A stretch of DNA of 64,000 nt from a virus. The stretch is from the IMG/VR virus record IMGVR_UViG_3300028837_001398, positions 8,436-72,435 of that record; one strand, 5' to 3'. This document shows, piece by piece, positions 26,980 to 35,976 of the stretch. The first letter of the stretch is position 1; each line of letters begins with the position of its first letter. A model generated the notes under the pieces. It saw only the letters and a list, made by a program, of their open reading frames with translations, was not told where the DNA came from and did no database searches. Both the position numbers and the translations under genes were made by a program.

Positions 26980-28320
26980 CTAGCGTAGGGAGCGAGCGAA
27001 TTCCTCCAGGTCATCCCTGACCCGGACTCCCTGCACGAACCTGGATAGGTCCGCCCCGATCTGCTTGAGCGCAGGACTGAGGGCCTCTCCGCCTCCGTTC
27101 GGCGAGGGCGGACCGTCATGGCCCGGCGTCGCGTCCCGGAGAGCCTTGAGGGCGTCAATCAGTTGCGTCAGATAGTCGGGGTTCGACAGGCGGCCACCGG
27201 TGATGTCATCGCGCATGGCCGCGAAGCGCCTCACGGCAAGGGCATAATCGTTGCCCTTCACTCCCGTCACTCGTGCGAGTCTGTTCATCCCCCAGGTGAC
27301 GGGGGAATAATCCATCAGATGCACCTCGATGAGATCGCGGATCCCCGTCTCCTCATCCGTCAAGGCCTTCACGGTGTTGTAGCCGATGCTCATCTCCTTG
27401 ACCGCACCATCGTGGAGAAGGACGAGCGCATCATTGCCCCTGCTCGTCCTGGAGATGTAGCTACGCGTGAAAAGACCAGACGAGTCCTCCTCGACCACCC
27501 GGGGTACACCTATCGGCCAGAACCAGTCATGCTGCCAGCAGAAGCGGATGTCCTCGAACGACTCCGCAAGGGTCTTCTCGAACATCCCGCGGTTCGCCCG
27601 GTCCTGGCCCTCGTCGACGTTGCCGAAGATAGAGACGTATGCCTCAACGATCCGGCCTTCCTCATCCACCTTGAACTCACTGGGGTATGACTTGAACTCC
27701 ATGCCGCCTTCGATGCTGGTGGCCTTGCTCTTCCAGGGTGCTTGCACTGTCTCGTCCTCCCACTCCCGCCGCATCTTCGCGTAGTAGCGGCCGATGTGCG
27801 CCTTGACCTTCGACGCGTCCGACTCCGGTATGTCCACGCCGCCGCGGGCCCCCTGTATTGCGGCTGCCGCCGCGAACACACCGCGCGGCACTGCCACCAG
27901 CGAGCCCTCGATCACGTCCGCAAACTGGAGCTTGTAGGCCCCGAATGTATCCGCGGCCCCACCATCGAACCAGAAGAAGGCGCGGCGGTACTTGGCGTTC
28001 GGCTTCTCATCTGCCTCCGACCACTTGCGCACCCGCTTGTCGGCCGCGGTCTTATCCCAACGCCGGCCGCGGGGTCCCAGCGGCAGATCGCCAAAGGACG
28101 TAGCACCCTTGACCGTCACGGTGGCGCGGGCAGAGGCGCTTTCCAGTTCATCTTTCCCAACCATTGGCGTACCGCAGTCGGGACACTCCATCTCCGAGCA
28201 CGCCACACCCCGCTCGTGCTCGGCTTCTGTCCCACATTCCGGGCAGACACACGTATCGGTCCCGCCGTCCCCCTGCCGCGGGCCGCCAACGCCGCGCCCG
28301 TCACCACGTCCCTTATCCAT
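26980..28320 (-). CDS. HK97-family prohead protease with a long N-terminal extension
   Basis: YVSIFGNVD, WQHD..PIG, MSIGY and YSPVTWGMN motifs; N-terminal CxCPxCG...CPxCG plus a second domain. Confidence 0.9.
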   Translation of the reverse strand: MDKGRGDGRGVGGPRQGDGGTDTCVCPECGTEAEHERGVACSEMECPDCGTPMVGKDELESASARATVTVKGATSFGDLPLGPRGRRWDKTAADKRVRKWSEADEKPNAKYRRAFFWFDGGAADTFGAYKLQFADVIEGSLVAVPRGVFAAAAAIQGARGGVDIPESDASKVKAHIGRYYAKMRREWEDETVQAPWKSKATSIEGGMEFKSYPSEFKVDEEGRIVEAYVSIFGNVDEGQDRANRGMFEKTLAESFEDIRFCWQHDWFWPIGVPRVVEEDSSGLFTRSYISRTSRGNDALVLLHDGAVKEMSIGYNTVKALTDEETGIRDLIEVHLMDYSPVTWGMNRLARVTGVKGNDYALAVRRFAAMRDDITGGRLSNPDYLTQLIDALKALRDATPGHDGPPSPNGGGEALSPALKQIGADLSRFVQGVRVRDDLEEFARSLR

Positions 28321-29248
28321 GCTTCTTCTCCTCTGCTGGCACCGACCTGTCGATTCCGCTCAGGTTGTGGCCGATGCCGCAACGCTTCAACACCATCGGG
28401 GCGAGGTCTATCTGTGCCGCCTCCTCTGATCGCAGGGAGTATGTGGATTGTTTCAGCGCCAGGACACCGCGCAAGCTCTCAGGCAAATCACTCCCGTGTC
28501 CCCGACCCCGTCCGTCTGGTTGCGCCGCTGCCGAGCAATCCAGCCCGTGATCCGAGAACACGATGGTGGCCTCCGGCTCAAGCGCATCGACGACATTCTC
28601 GACCGAATCCAGGATCCCAGCGATGATAGCGGCTCGCGCTCCCCCGTCCTGCATTGCCGAATATGCGTAGTGGCAGAGCCGGTCCAAGTCCATGATGCCG
28701 AGGAACGCCAGCATAGGCTCATGCCGGCGGACCCCCGCGATGAAGGTGCGTACAAGCCGCTCGCGCCGGTCCGCACATCCCTCAACGTGTTCTTTCGCCG
28801 CGGTCTGGAGCAGCTTCTTTCGCACGTCATTCCCTGCCACAGCCAGTTCGTGCTCGTTCGAGAAGTCCAGATCCTCGTAGCTCCACTGCTCCTGCGGCGG
28901 CTGCACGAAATGCTGACGGCCAGCAGGGTAGCCGCTGACCAGCACTCCCGCCGTGGGCCCGGGCCGTATCAGGAAGGGCCAGTTAACGATGACCAGCCGC
29001 CCGCCCGCAGCCTGCAGCCGTTCCCACAAATAGAGCGGCCGTTGCTTGCCTCTCCGCCCGAACTCGACATAGCTGTTCGGGTTTTCCGTCAGGCCCCACG
29101 TAGAAGCGTCCACCCCCGTCCCGAGGGTGTTCCATGCGAGCCAGCTGACCGGCTTCGGCGCGAGTAACGGGGCGACATCGAATCCGCGGTGCCTCAGCGC
29201 GCCGGACCATGCCCAGCTATAGCCGTCTATGCCAATCAGCAGAATCAT
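28313..29248 (-). CDS. Nucleotide pyrophosphatase/phosphodiesterase-like (alkaline phosphatase superfamily) protein
   Basis: LIGIDG, SWLAWNTLGTG, LDRLCH, FSDHG and IDLAP motifs. Confidence 0.8.
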   Translation of the reverse strand: MILLIGIDGYSWAWSGALRHRGFDVAPLLAPKPVSWLAWNTLGTGVDASTWGLTENPNSYVEFGRRGKQRPLYLWERLQAAGGRLVIVNWPFLIRPGPTAGVLVSGYPAGRQHFVQPPQEQWSYEDLDFSNEHELAVAGNDVRKKLLQTAAKEHVEGCADRRERLVRTFIAGVRRHEPMLAFLGIMDLDRLCHYAYSAMQDGGARAAIIAGILDSVENVVDALEPEATIVFSDHGLDCSAAAQPDGRGRGHGSDLPESLRGVLALKQSTYSLRSEEAAQIDLAPMVLKRCGIGHNLSGIDRSVPAEEKKHG

Positions 29249-30432
29249 CGTTCGCCCCATGCCAGAATTGCTTCCCAGCGCTGGATCAGGGCCGCCTGCG
29301 CGTGTCCCCAGTACGGGTAGCCCCAGAAAGACTCAGGGGACCAGTCGGGCAACCACGCCCCCTCTGGCACCAAATATGCCTCCATGCGCGCAACATGCTC
29401 GCAGACGGCCTGCCACTGCCCTGGTGTCTGATCACCCACCTGCCAAGTGTCCCCAGCCCTCATATCCACGGTGAAGCCCCGCCCCGAATGGGGACCGTGA
29501 CCGAACGAGAACGCGGCCCTCCTGGACATCGCCGCCTCCAGCAGAACATTGCTGTTGATCGCGGCGACTGCCGAGCTCATGCGGAGCAGATCATGGATGC
29601 TCTCGTTGGCGGACAGCCACATCCCGCCCTTAGCCTCCACCTCCATCTTGCAGAGCCGCCGTTGCTCCGCGAACTCTGGCTCCCACTCGATTCCCTCAGA
29701 TGCTGGATGCTGTTTCACGAGTACGGGCCCGGGCCAGGTTAGGCACTTGCAGATGAAGTCGCGCTGGCAAGCGAACTCGGTGTGCTGGTAGACAGCCGCC
29801 CCATCTGCTTCGAGCTGCATCGCTACCAACAGCGCCGGGCCTGCCTTGCAGAACTCCTGCACGCGTTCCGATGGCTTACCGCCCTGGTGATGCTTGCTCA
29901 GCCGCGCGTCGCGCCATAGATCGATGATCGCCTTGCCCCGCCAGCCCCCAACACGAACATGCCGCAGGCCATCCCATCCGCACGGGCCGGTCACGTAGCC
30001 GCCGAGCATATCGAAGATGCGCGTCTGCGGCAGCCACCCATGTTCACAGTGTATGACTGGAATCCCGCGCTCGCGCGCCAGTAGCGTCCACACAGCCTGA
30101 TCGGCATTCCCACAGTTCCACAGCAGGATAGCTGCCGTTCGCTCCCGGTCCAGATACTCCCCGGCGGCGAACCAGAAGCGGGCCACGACATCCAGGATCT
30201 CGTCCTGGTCGGCCCCCGATACCTCGGATCGCCGCATTTCCTTCGGCGCTAGCCGGCGCAGGATGTCGTCTTCAACCTGCTTCCGCGGGCCGCCGCGCCA
30301 CTCCCCGAGAAATGCCATTTGCACCACATGCTCGGCCGCGATCTCGGGCGGTATCTGCGCCATCCAATCCGCAGGCATGGGCGCTGGCGGTGGCCCCTCG
30401 GCGTGCCAGTCTATCGGGATAATGATCCTCAC
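29245..30432 (-). CDS. KpsS/KpsC-like capsule-synthesis glycosyltransferase
   Basis: EHGWLP, MQLEADGAA, VKQHP and INSNVLLEAA motifs typical of the capsule polysaccharide biosynthesis family. Confidence 0.75.
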   Translation of the reverse strand: MRIIIPIDWHAEGPPPAPMPADWMAQIPPEIAAEHVVQMAFLGEWRGGPRKQVEDDILRRLAPKEMRRSEVSGADQDEILDVVARFWFAAGEYLDRERTAAILLWNCGNADQAVWTLLARERGIPVIHCEHGWLPQTRIFDMLGGYVTGPCGWDGLRHVRVGGWRGKAIIDLWRDARLSKHHQGGKPSERVQEFCKAGPALLVAMQLEADGAAVYQHTEFACQRDFICKCLTWPGPVLVKQHPASEGIEWEPEFAEQRRLCKMEVEAKGGMWLSANESIHDLLRMSSAVAAINSNVLLEAAMSRRAAFSFGHGPHSGRGFTVDMRAGDTWQVGDQTPGQWQAVCEHVARMEAYLVPEGAWLPDWSPESFWGYPYWGHAQAALIQRWEAILAWGER

Positions 30433-32603
30433 GCGCTCAGCCCCTCCACGATATGCCCGACTGTGCATCGGCACGCGATGACCTCAGCCGCCGGTGCGCC
30501 TGCCTCATTTGGATACAGCAACCCGTTGGAAAATGCCTCCTCCATCCCTACGATCTCCCCATTCACCGCAGCGTGCGAATCCCGCACCCGAGAGTCCCCG
30601 GAACTGATCCACTCCTTGAGCACGACGGCATCCGTCTCTTTGACGACCTGCCGGGCCCCCTCGTGGTGCCCGAAGTTCACCGCCGCACCCGCCTCCGTCC
30701 GGGCGATCATGAAGCTCCGGCTCCGGTCCAACGGCGAGTCCCCTTTGCCTGCCCAGTTCGCGTAGGCCTCGCGGATCCGCCGCGCGATATCCGCCGCGCC
30801 CTCATTCTGCGACACCCCCGCGGCCACGGCCTCGGCAATGGCATCCTTCGTCGTTTCTGACATAATGGATATGTGTTCGGCAGTCGTGGTCCGAATGAAG
30901 TGGTCCACTTCCGGGTCATCGAAGTTGAACGCCCAGGAACGTTCCTTGCCCTCCCACTCCTTCCGTTCGAGGTCTCCCATATTCGGGGCCGCCTTGGGCA
31001 ACGCCCGAATGATTCGCCTGCCCTCAAGCGTCCCGAAGTGCTTCACCATAGCCCCATAGACAGTGAGCCAGTAGCCCGTCCACGATGTTGCTGCCAGGTT
31101 GATCGCTCCAGTGATCGCGCCCTGGCCACCATCCTCGTACGCGGCCGCGACCTGCTCACCCTCGGCCCCGAATATCTCCGCCACCCCCTCAGCTACCCGC
31201 TGCTCCCACCGGGCCCGGTCGTTGTCGAAGGCTTTGTAGTAGGCCGCCTTCTCCTGCTCAGGCATCCCCGCTTTCGTCTCGATCGCCGGGACCGCCCTCT
31301 TCCCCACGACACCCGTTCCCATACCTGGCGCCCCGGGCTCCTTGCCCCCCCACGCTAGATCGCCCCCGGGAACCAGGTGGAAGCCTAACTCCATGCGCTG
31401 GTTCAGTTCATTGAACGGCACACCCATCTCCCAAGCCTCGCGTGCAGACTTGAGGGCCTCTCTCCAGATCTCTTGCATCGCCGGCACGCCGGACACGTCA
31501 TATCTAACGCGAATGACCTTCTTCGTCGGATCGCTCAGGCCCTCAGGATTCCAGTACGGAGTGAACTTGAGGTCCAACGCGTCGGCAATGTCATCGAGAA
31601 GCGGAATGATCGTATCCTGCCAGAACATACGGCGGCCTGTCGCCATGTTGTTGAACGTTGTCCGCTCCTGCGTGACTAACACGACGGGGACGCCGAACAC
31701 GTTGCAGATGCTGGCAACGTTGAAGTAGCGGCTCTTCAGAAAATCCATCTCGACCGGGCTGAGAGACATCTGCGTATAGCTAGCATCTGCCCCCAGCACC
31801 CAGGGCATATGAGCGTTGGCGGCTCCCGTGTGCTGCTCCCGCACGTGTTCGCGTGCAGTCTCCCATTGCTCGTCGGTCAGCGGATACTTGAATGCGAAGA
31901 GTCCATCGGTCACGGCCCGGTTTTGCAGGCTGATCTTGTTCCAGCGCACCGCCTCCACGTCGGTATCCACCGTCTGCATGGCAGCCCGAAGCGGGGCCAG
32001 TCCCCAGAACGGATTCGCCGGGTCGATGAATTGGAGGTGACATATCTCAGCCGCGTCCAGCCGGATCTTCTTGCTGCCAAGATGGTATTGATACCCAGCG
32101 AGTTCGAGCCCCCGCCCGCTCGGCAGCGGCTTGATCTGATCAGCGGGAAGCGGCACCAATTGGAGCGGAATCCCCTTGCTGTTCCGCTCAATATGCCAGA
32201 AGGCGTTCCCGCCGAGGTACAAATGGTGTGCCGTCCGCTCGAACAGATCCTGACGGCTCATCTGCGGATTCGGCTGCGCGAGTAAGTTGCCGAGTGGGTG
32301 CGTGTCGTCGCGCTCCCACTCGTCCTCACTCACCCGCTGCTCCACAAACCAGGGAACCGAAGACATGGCAGATGCCAGCTTCCTCACGCACGAGTAGACC
32401 CACTCCGAGGCCTTCAGGCCGTTGCGGATCGCGCTCTCCGTGCTCCACTCGGTCCACACGGGTCGGGCGACCTGCTGGGGCGGTATGAGTGCCAGCGACT
32501 CCCGTGCCGCCCGCGCCGCGGCCTTGGCGGCCGCGGTACGCTGCGAGGGCGTCAGCGGCGGTGACTTGCCGAGTATCCCCGCCAATCTCTCTCTCAGGCC
32601 CAC
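30429..32603 (-). CDS. HK97-family portal protein fused to a MuF/SPP1 gp7 head morphogenesis domain
   Basis: HPL..LL..PNP.MS and ICNVFGVP motifs, followed by IARTE, KEW....D.RVR.SH and CRC. Confidence 0.93.
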   Translation of the reverse strand: MGLRERLAGILGKSPPLTPSQRTAAAKAAARAARESLALIPPQQVARPVWTEWSTESAIRNGLKASEWVYSCVRKLASAMSSVPWFVEQRVSEDEWERDDTHPLGNLLAQPNPQMSRQDLFERTAHHLYLGGNAFWHIERNSKGIPLQLVPLPADQIKPLPSGRGLELAGYQYHLGSKKIRLDAAEICHLQFIDPANPFWGLAPLRAAMQTVDTDVEAVRWNKISLQNRAVTDGLFAFKYPLTDEQWETAREHVREQHTGAANAHMPWVLGADASYTQMSLSPVEMDFLKSRYFNVASICNVFGVPVVLVTQERTTFNNMATGRRMFWQDTIIPLLDDIADALDLKFTPYWNPEGLSDPTKKVIRVRYDVSGVPAMQEIWREALKSAREAWEMGVPFNELNQRMELGFHLVPGGDLAWGGKEPGAPGMGTGVVGKRAVPAIETKAGMPEQEKAAYYKAFDNDRARWEQRVAEGVAEIFGAEGEQVAAAYEDGGQGAITGAINLAATSWTGYWLTVYGAMVKHFGTLEGRRIIRALPKAAPNMGDLERKEWEGKERSWAFNFDDPEVDHFIRTTTAEHISIMSETTKDAIAEAVAAGVSQNEGAADIARRIREAYANWAGKGDSPLDRSRSFMIARTEAGAAVNFGHHEGARQVVKETDAVVLKEWISSGDSRVRDSHAAVNGEIVGMEEAFSNGLLYPNEAGAPAAEVIACRCTVGHIVEGLSA

Positions 32604-32650
32604 AATCCCTCACCCGTCATCGTCCGCGATCCTCATGCCTCACCTGCTGG

Positions 32651-32716
32651 CCAAAAGAAAAGCGCCCAGGGATACCATTCCCTGAGCGCGTTAGCGGTCT
32701 GCCCGTCGACCCGCCC
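32651..32716 (-). terminator. Leader attenuator upstream of portal (near-identical to 39681-39746)
   Basis: GGCGGG...ACCGC..ACGCGCTCAGGGAAT.GT.TCCCTGGGCGCTT..CTTTTGG. Confidence 0.8.
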
Positions 32717-32803
32717 TAGTCAGAACCCCAAATTGTCTGCCGCTCGGCGCCGCCCTCCGGTCTGCCCAGTCAGGCAGCCACCTCAGCGCGGACCATCACG
32801 GCC

Positions 32804-32834
32804 ATTATACCACGCCACGCGGCGATTCTGTCAA
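32804..32834 (-). promoter_or_regulatory. Promoter of the head operon, 19-bp spacer
   Basis: TTGACA-19-TATAAT with TGn extension. Confidence 0.65.
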
Positions 32835-33139
32835 GCGACCTGCGCGGGCTTCAGCCCCCGGCCGAACCTGACGCGCCTCGTGATGCCCTCACGGTGCGTC
32901 TCGTCAGCGAGGATGGGTTCGCCCCGCTCGACCTGCACAAGAGTCAACTTCGCATCCCCGAGTTGCGTGCACAGGTCGAGAAACTCCGCCTGCGCGCCCG
33001 TCACGACGCGCAGCTCCGAACCCGCGGGCAGTTTGACGCCAGCCGCGTCGAGCAGTTCCGCCAATGCCTTCGCCGCCCTCTGCGCCCTGTCAGCTATGAT
33101 CCGTACCTCCCCCATGCGGCAACTGAATCTGTGATCCAT
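32831..33139 (-). CDS. Small putative regulator, paralog of 44257-44535
   Basis: ELR.V..AQA..LD......A.....V/I.E.GEPI..E......R.G shared with 44257-44535. Confidence 0.65.
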   Translation of the reverse strand: MDHRFSCRMGEVRIIADRAQRAAKALAELLDAAGVKLPAGSELRVVTGAQAEFLDLCTQLGDAKLTLVQVERGEPILADETHREGITRRVRFGRGLKPAQVA

Positions 33140-33179
33140 GGATCCACGTAGGCGTCATAGAACCACGTCTGCCAGCGGC

Positions 33180-33896
33180 TCATCGCGCCTGTGCCTTCGT
33201 CGCCACAAAGAACATGTATGCCCCCCTCAAGTCTGCCGCCCTGTCCAGCGGCGAGAATCGACCTGTTGCCGGGTGCTGCCGCTCCAAGCTCAGGACCCCG
33301 AACCCTTGTGCTGCCAAGGCATCCTCGACCTCCGCAAGCGTATACTCCCGCGCATGGTACGGGTTGCCCTGGGGCTTGTGTGGCGTCGAGAGCACGAGCA
33401 GTCCCTCCGGACGCAGGACCCGAGCGGCATCGGCCAGGAGCGGTGCCGGATCAGTGAAGCGCTCCAGCGTCTCGAGGCAGACGAAGGCGTCCACCGATCC
33501 GGGCTCCGGGATGATCGGCCACGGCCTTGCCGTGAGATCAGCCCGTACCCAGAGGATCCGCGAGTGGGCGTAGTGGAGCATGGCATAGCCACATAGCACA
33601 GGGTTGCGCTCCAGTGCCCAGACGTTGGCACCCACTATCGCCTCCGCCAGCACGTAGGCGCCATACCCGACGCCAGAACCAGCGTCGATGATCAGGCTCG
33701 CTCCATGCGTGCCATCGGATATCCTATCGGCAGCGTGCTCGTAGCGCGCGACGTGCGCGGGGTACCGTCGTCTCACCGCCTCCACCGTCGGGCAGCTCGC
33801 CGCAAACCGCGCCGCTACAACTTGCTCCGGCTCCGCCTTGAAGCCACCGCGGCGTTCAATTTCAGCCACCATCCCATCTGGTATCTTTCCTGCCAT
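33180..33896 (-). CDS. Class I SAM methyltransferase
   Basis: HVARYEHA, IDAGSGVGYG, ETLE and RVLRPEGLLVLSTP...NPYHAREY motifs, as in glycan-cluster methyltransferases. Confidence 0.88.
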   Translation of the reverse strand: MAGKIPDGMVAEIERRGGFKAEPEQVVAARFAASCPTVEAVRRRYPAHVARYEHAADRISDGTHGASLIIDAGSGVGYGAYVLAEAIVGANVWALERNPVLCGYAMLHYAHSRILWVRADLTARPWPIIPEPGSVDAFVCLETLERFTDPAPLLADAARVLRPEGLLVLSTPHKPQGNPYHAREYTLAEVEDALAAQGFGVLSLERQHPATGRFSPLDRAADLRGAYMFFVATKAQAR

Positions 33897-33921
33897 TGCC
33901 CTCTCCTTCACCAAGCCCAGC

Positions 33922-34635
33922 TTATTCGGCCACGGCTATCCATCCAGCGAAGTTCATCCAACGCCAGAAGCAGTCAACGGTCTGGAATCCCGCCATCCGA
34001 AGCAGTTCCTCGTTCCATGCCGCCGTAACCGGAACCAGTACCCCCTCCAGCGACAGACGCTTGCGCTTGATCTGATCTTCCGTGTACCCCTGGCGCCGTT
34101 TCATGTCGAGATACTCTGCGACGAAGGCCTTGTCGAGTCGAGCATTGGCACCGAGCACCTTCTCCACAACGATAAAGGCACCACCAGGCACCAGGCAGTC
34201 GTGCGCGTCCTGGACGATGCGTTGCCGGTATTCGATTGGGACGAACTGGAGCGTCAGGATCCCCATGACGACGCTCGCCCTCTCTGGAGGAAAGGTCTCC
34301 CGCAGATCGAGTTCCCTGATGTCCACAATCCCAGAACTCATATAGCCATTGAACCGTTCCCGCGCGGCAGCCAGCATTGGCTCTGACACGTCGACCCCGA
34401 CGAATCGACACTGCGCACCGAACTTGTCCACGAACGGCTGCAGCGCTTCTCCCCTGGAACACCCAAGGTCGACGATGCTCGTGCCGGGCTCTACATGCCG
34501 ACAGCCGAGACGGAAGACTGTCTCGCGCATGACTTCGTACTGAGGTATGCTCCGCCTCAGCATGTCATCGAAGACGGCCGTCACATCGCCGTCGAACGTC
34601 CAGTGCTTGCCGGGTAGTACAGAGTCGTGTCCCAT
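33922..34635 (-). CDS. cmoA: CmoA-like carboxy-S-adenosylmethionine synthase
   Basis: WTFD..V..VFDDM..RSIP.Y, DLGCS.G, TLQF, EK and KR..GY...I..KR..LE.V motifs matching CmoA. Confidence 0.8.
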   Translation of the reverse strand: MGHDSVLPGKHWTFDGDVTAVFDDMLRRSIPQYEVMRETVFRLGCRHVEPGTSIVDLGCSRGEALQPFVDKFGAQCRFVGVDVSEPMLAAARERFNGYMSSGIVDIRELDLRETFPPERASVVMGILTLQFVPIEYRQRIVQDAHDCLVPGGAFIVVEKVLGANARLDKAFVAEYLDMKRRQGYTEDQIKRKRLSLEGVLVPVTAAWNEELLRMAGFQTVDCFWRWMNFAGWIAVAE

Positions 34636-34708
34636 TCAAGTTCTCTCCAATCGCTGGTAGGGCATAGCGACGTAGCCGCCCCCAGGTTTGATCTCGTGGA
34701 GCAGATCC

Positions 34709-34972
34709 TCAGTCGGTAGGAGCTTCACCGTCGCCCTGCCATTCTGGTTCTGGTTTCGCGTCTGGCGGCAGTTGCCGCGGGCCGCCCCTCTCCTCTACTG
34801 GCCGAGCGCGCTTCCTCATCGCTCTTCCCCCTATCGTTGAGGTCAAGTCCTGGACATAATGCCAGACGGAGATGAGTAGCACAGCAGCGTACAGCAGGAA
34901 CCCGATAGCGCACAGTACAAAGCCGGCCTTGACCACAAGGAGCAACTCCCCTAGCATCTCTCTACCCATCAT
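34709..34972 (-). CDS. Hypothetical membrane protein
   Basis: N-terminal hydrophobic helix; co-oriented. Confidence 0.5.
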   Translation of the reverse strand: MMGREMLGELLLVVKAGFVLCAIGFLLYAAVLLISVWHYVQDLTSTIGGRAMRKRARPVEERGGPRQLPPDAKPEPEWQGDGEAPTD

Positions 34973-35279
34973 CGTTCGGCCTCAATTGCCTCTGGCACTC
35001 TGCCTCCTTGAGCAAGGCCTCGAACGTGTCGTCGTCCAGGTGGATGGGCAGTAGCGGCTTACTCGTCACCACGACCTTGCCCTTCTGCAACCTCGCGAGG
35101 TCTACCACCGTCCCGCTTGGCAATCCCTTGAGCTCGTCGCTCAATCTGTCAGCGGCAGAACTACGAACTGAGCCGACCCGCATCCAGCCAGCCCGTAACG
35201 TCGGAGGGTTGCCCACCCACAGCGACACGTAGACGCGCGGCCCCTCACCAAACTGTCTCACCTCGCCGATTTCAGGCAT
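34962..35279 (-). CDS. Hypothetical protein
   Basis: Co-oriented ORF overlapping its neighbours' start/stop codons. Confidence 0.5.
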   Translation of the reverse strand: MPEIGEVRQFGEGPRVYVSLWVGNPPTLRAGWMRVGSVRSSAADRLSDELKGLPSGTVVDLARLQKGKVVVTSKPLLPIHLDDDTFEALLKEAECQRQLRPNDDG

Positions 35280-35976
35280 CCTGCGCCACCCTTCCGTTTC
35301 TCGTGTCGTTGGCGCCCGGAGTACTTCGGTCACGCGGCCGTTCCCGAAGCACTGCCTCAGCCATCTCCGCGAAGTGCAATCGGCCATCCGTCACCCCGCC
35401 GAACAGCCTCTCCACCGCATTCATCACGGGCAGCGACACAGCGGCGTCCTTGCGTGCTACCTCCCACCCCTTCGCTGTCAGCGGCCGCGTTGCTACGAGG
35501 AACCACTGCCCCCCGATCTTCTGATACCGCCAGCCTCGCCACACAATAAACAACCACTGCCAAAGGCGTCGCATATAGGCTCCTCTCAGAACTCGACAGC
35601 GCTCTCTACGTTCCCATCTTGCTCGATCACCGACTTGCACGGCACATACGCTGTTCTTCCGCAAAGCCGTTGCGGGAATCTCCAGCATGAAGTCCTCGCT
35701 TGGAAGCCGCGCCTCAGTCCATTGCCTCGCGAGACCTGGGCGTCCTGGCATTGCGACCTTCAGCTTGACATGGAGAGCAGAGAATAGGATGCAGGCCGGT
35801 TGCTCACCATGTCCGCAGCAACTGGCTTCCGTGCGAAAGCCAGTCCGATTCAGTTCCAGGATCAGCGGGGCCAAACACCTGTCGGCACAAGCCAACCTCT
35901 TGAAACCCGGCAGGCGCAGGGCTACAGACGAACGAGGATCGCCCAATGGGACGCATCTATCGCTGTGCTCATTCAC
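35272..35976 (-). CDS. Hypothetical phage protein with D.C..PLI..LN..G..T..SCCGH motif
   Basis: Motif also seen in 48905-49231; GTG coupled to the methylase stop. Confidence 0.55.
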   Translation of the reverse strand: MNEHSDRCVPLGDPRSSVALRLPGFKRLACADRCLAPLILELNRTGFRTEASCCGHGEQPACILFSALHVKLKVAMPGRPGLARQWTEARLPSEDFMLEIPATALRKNSVCAVQVGDRARWERRERCRVLRGAYMRRLWQWLFIVWRGWRYQKIGGQWFLVATRPLTAKGWEVARKDAAVSLPVMNAVERLFGGVTDGRLHFAEMAEAVLRERPRDRSTPGANDTRNGRVAQDA

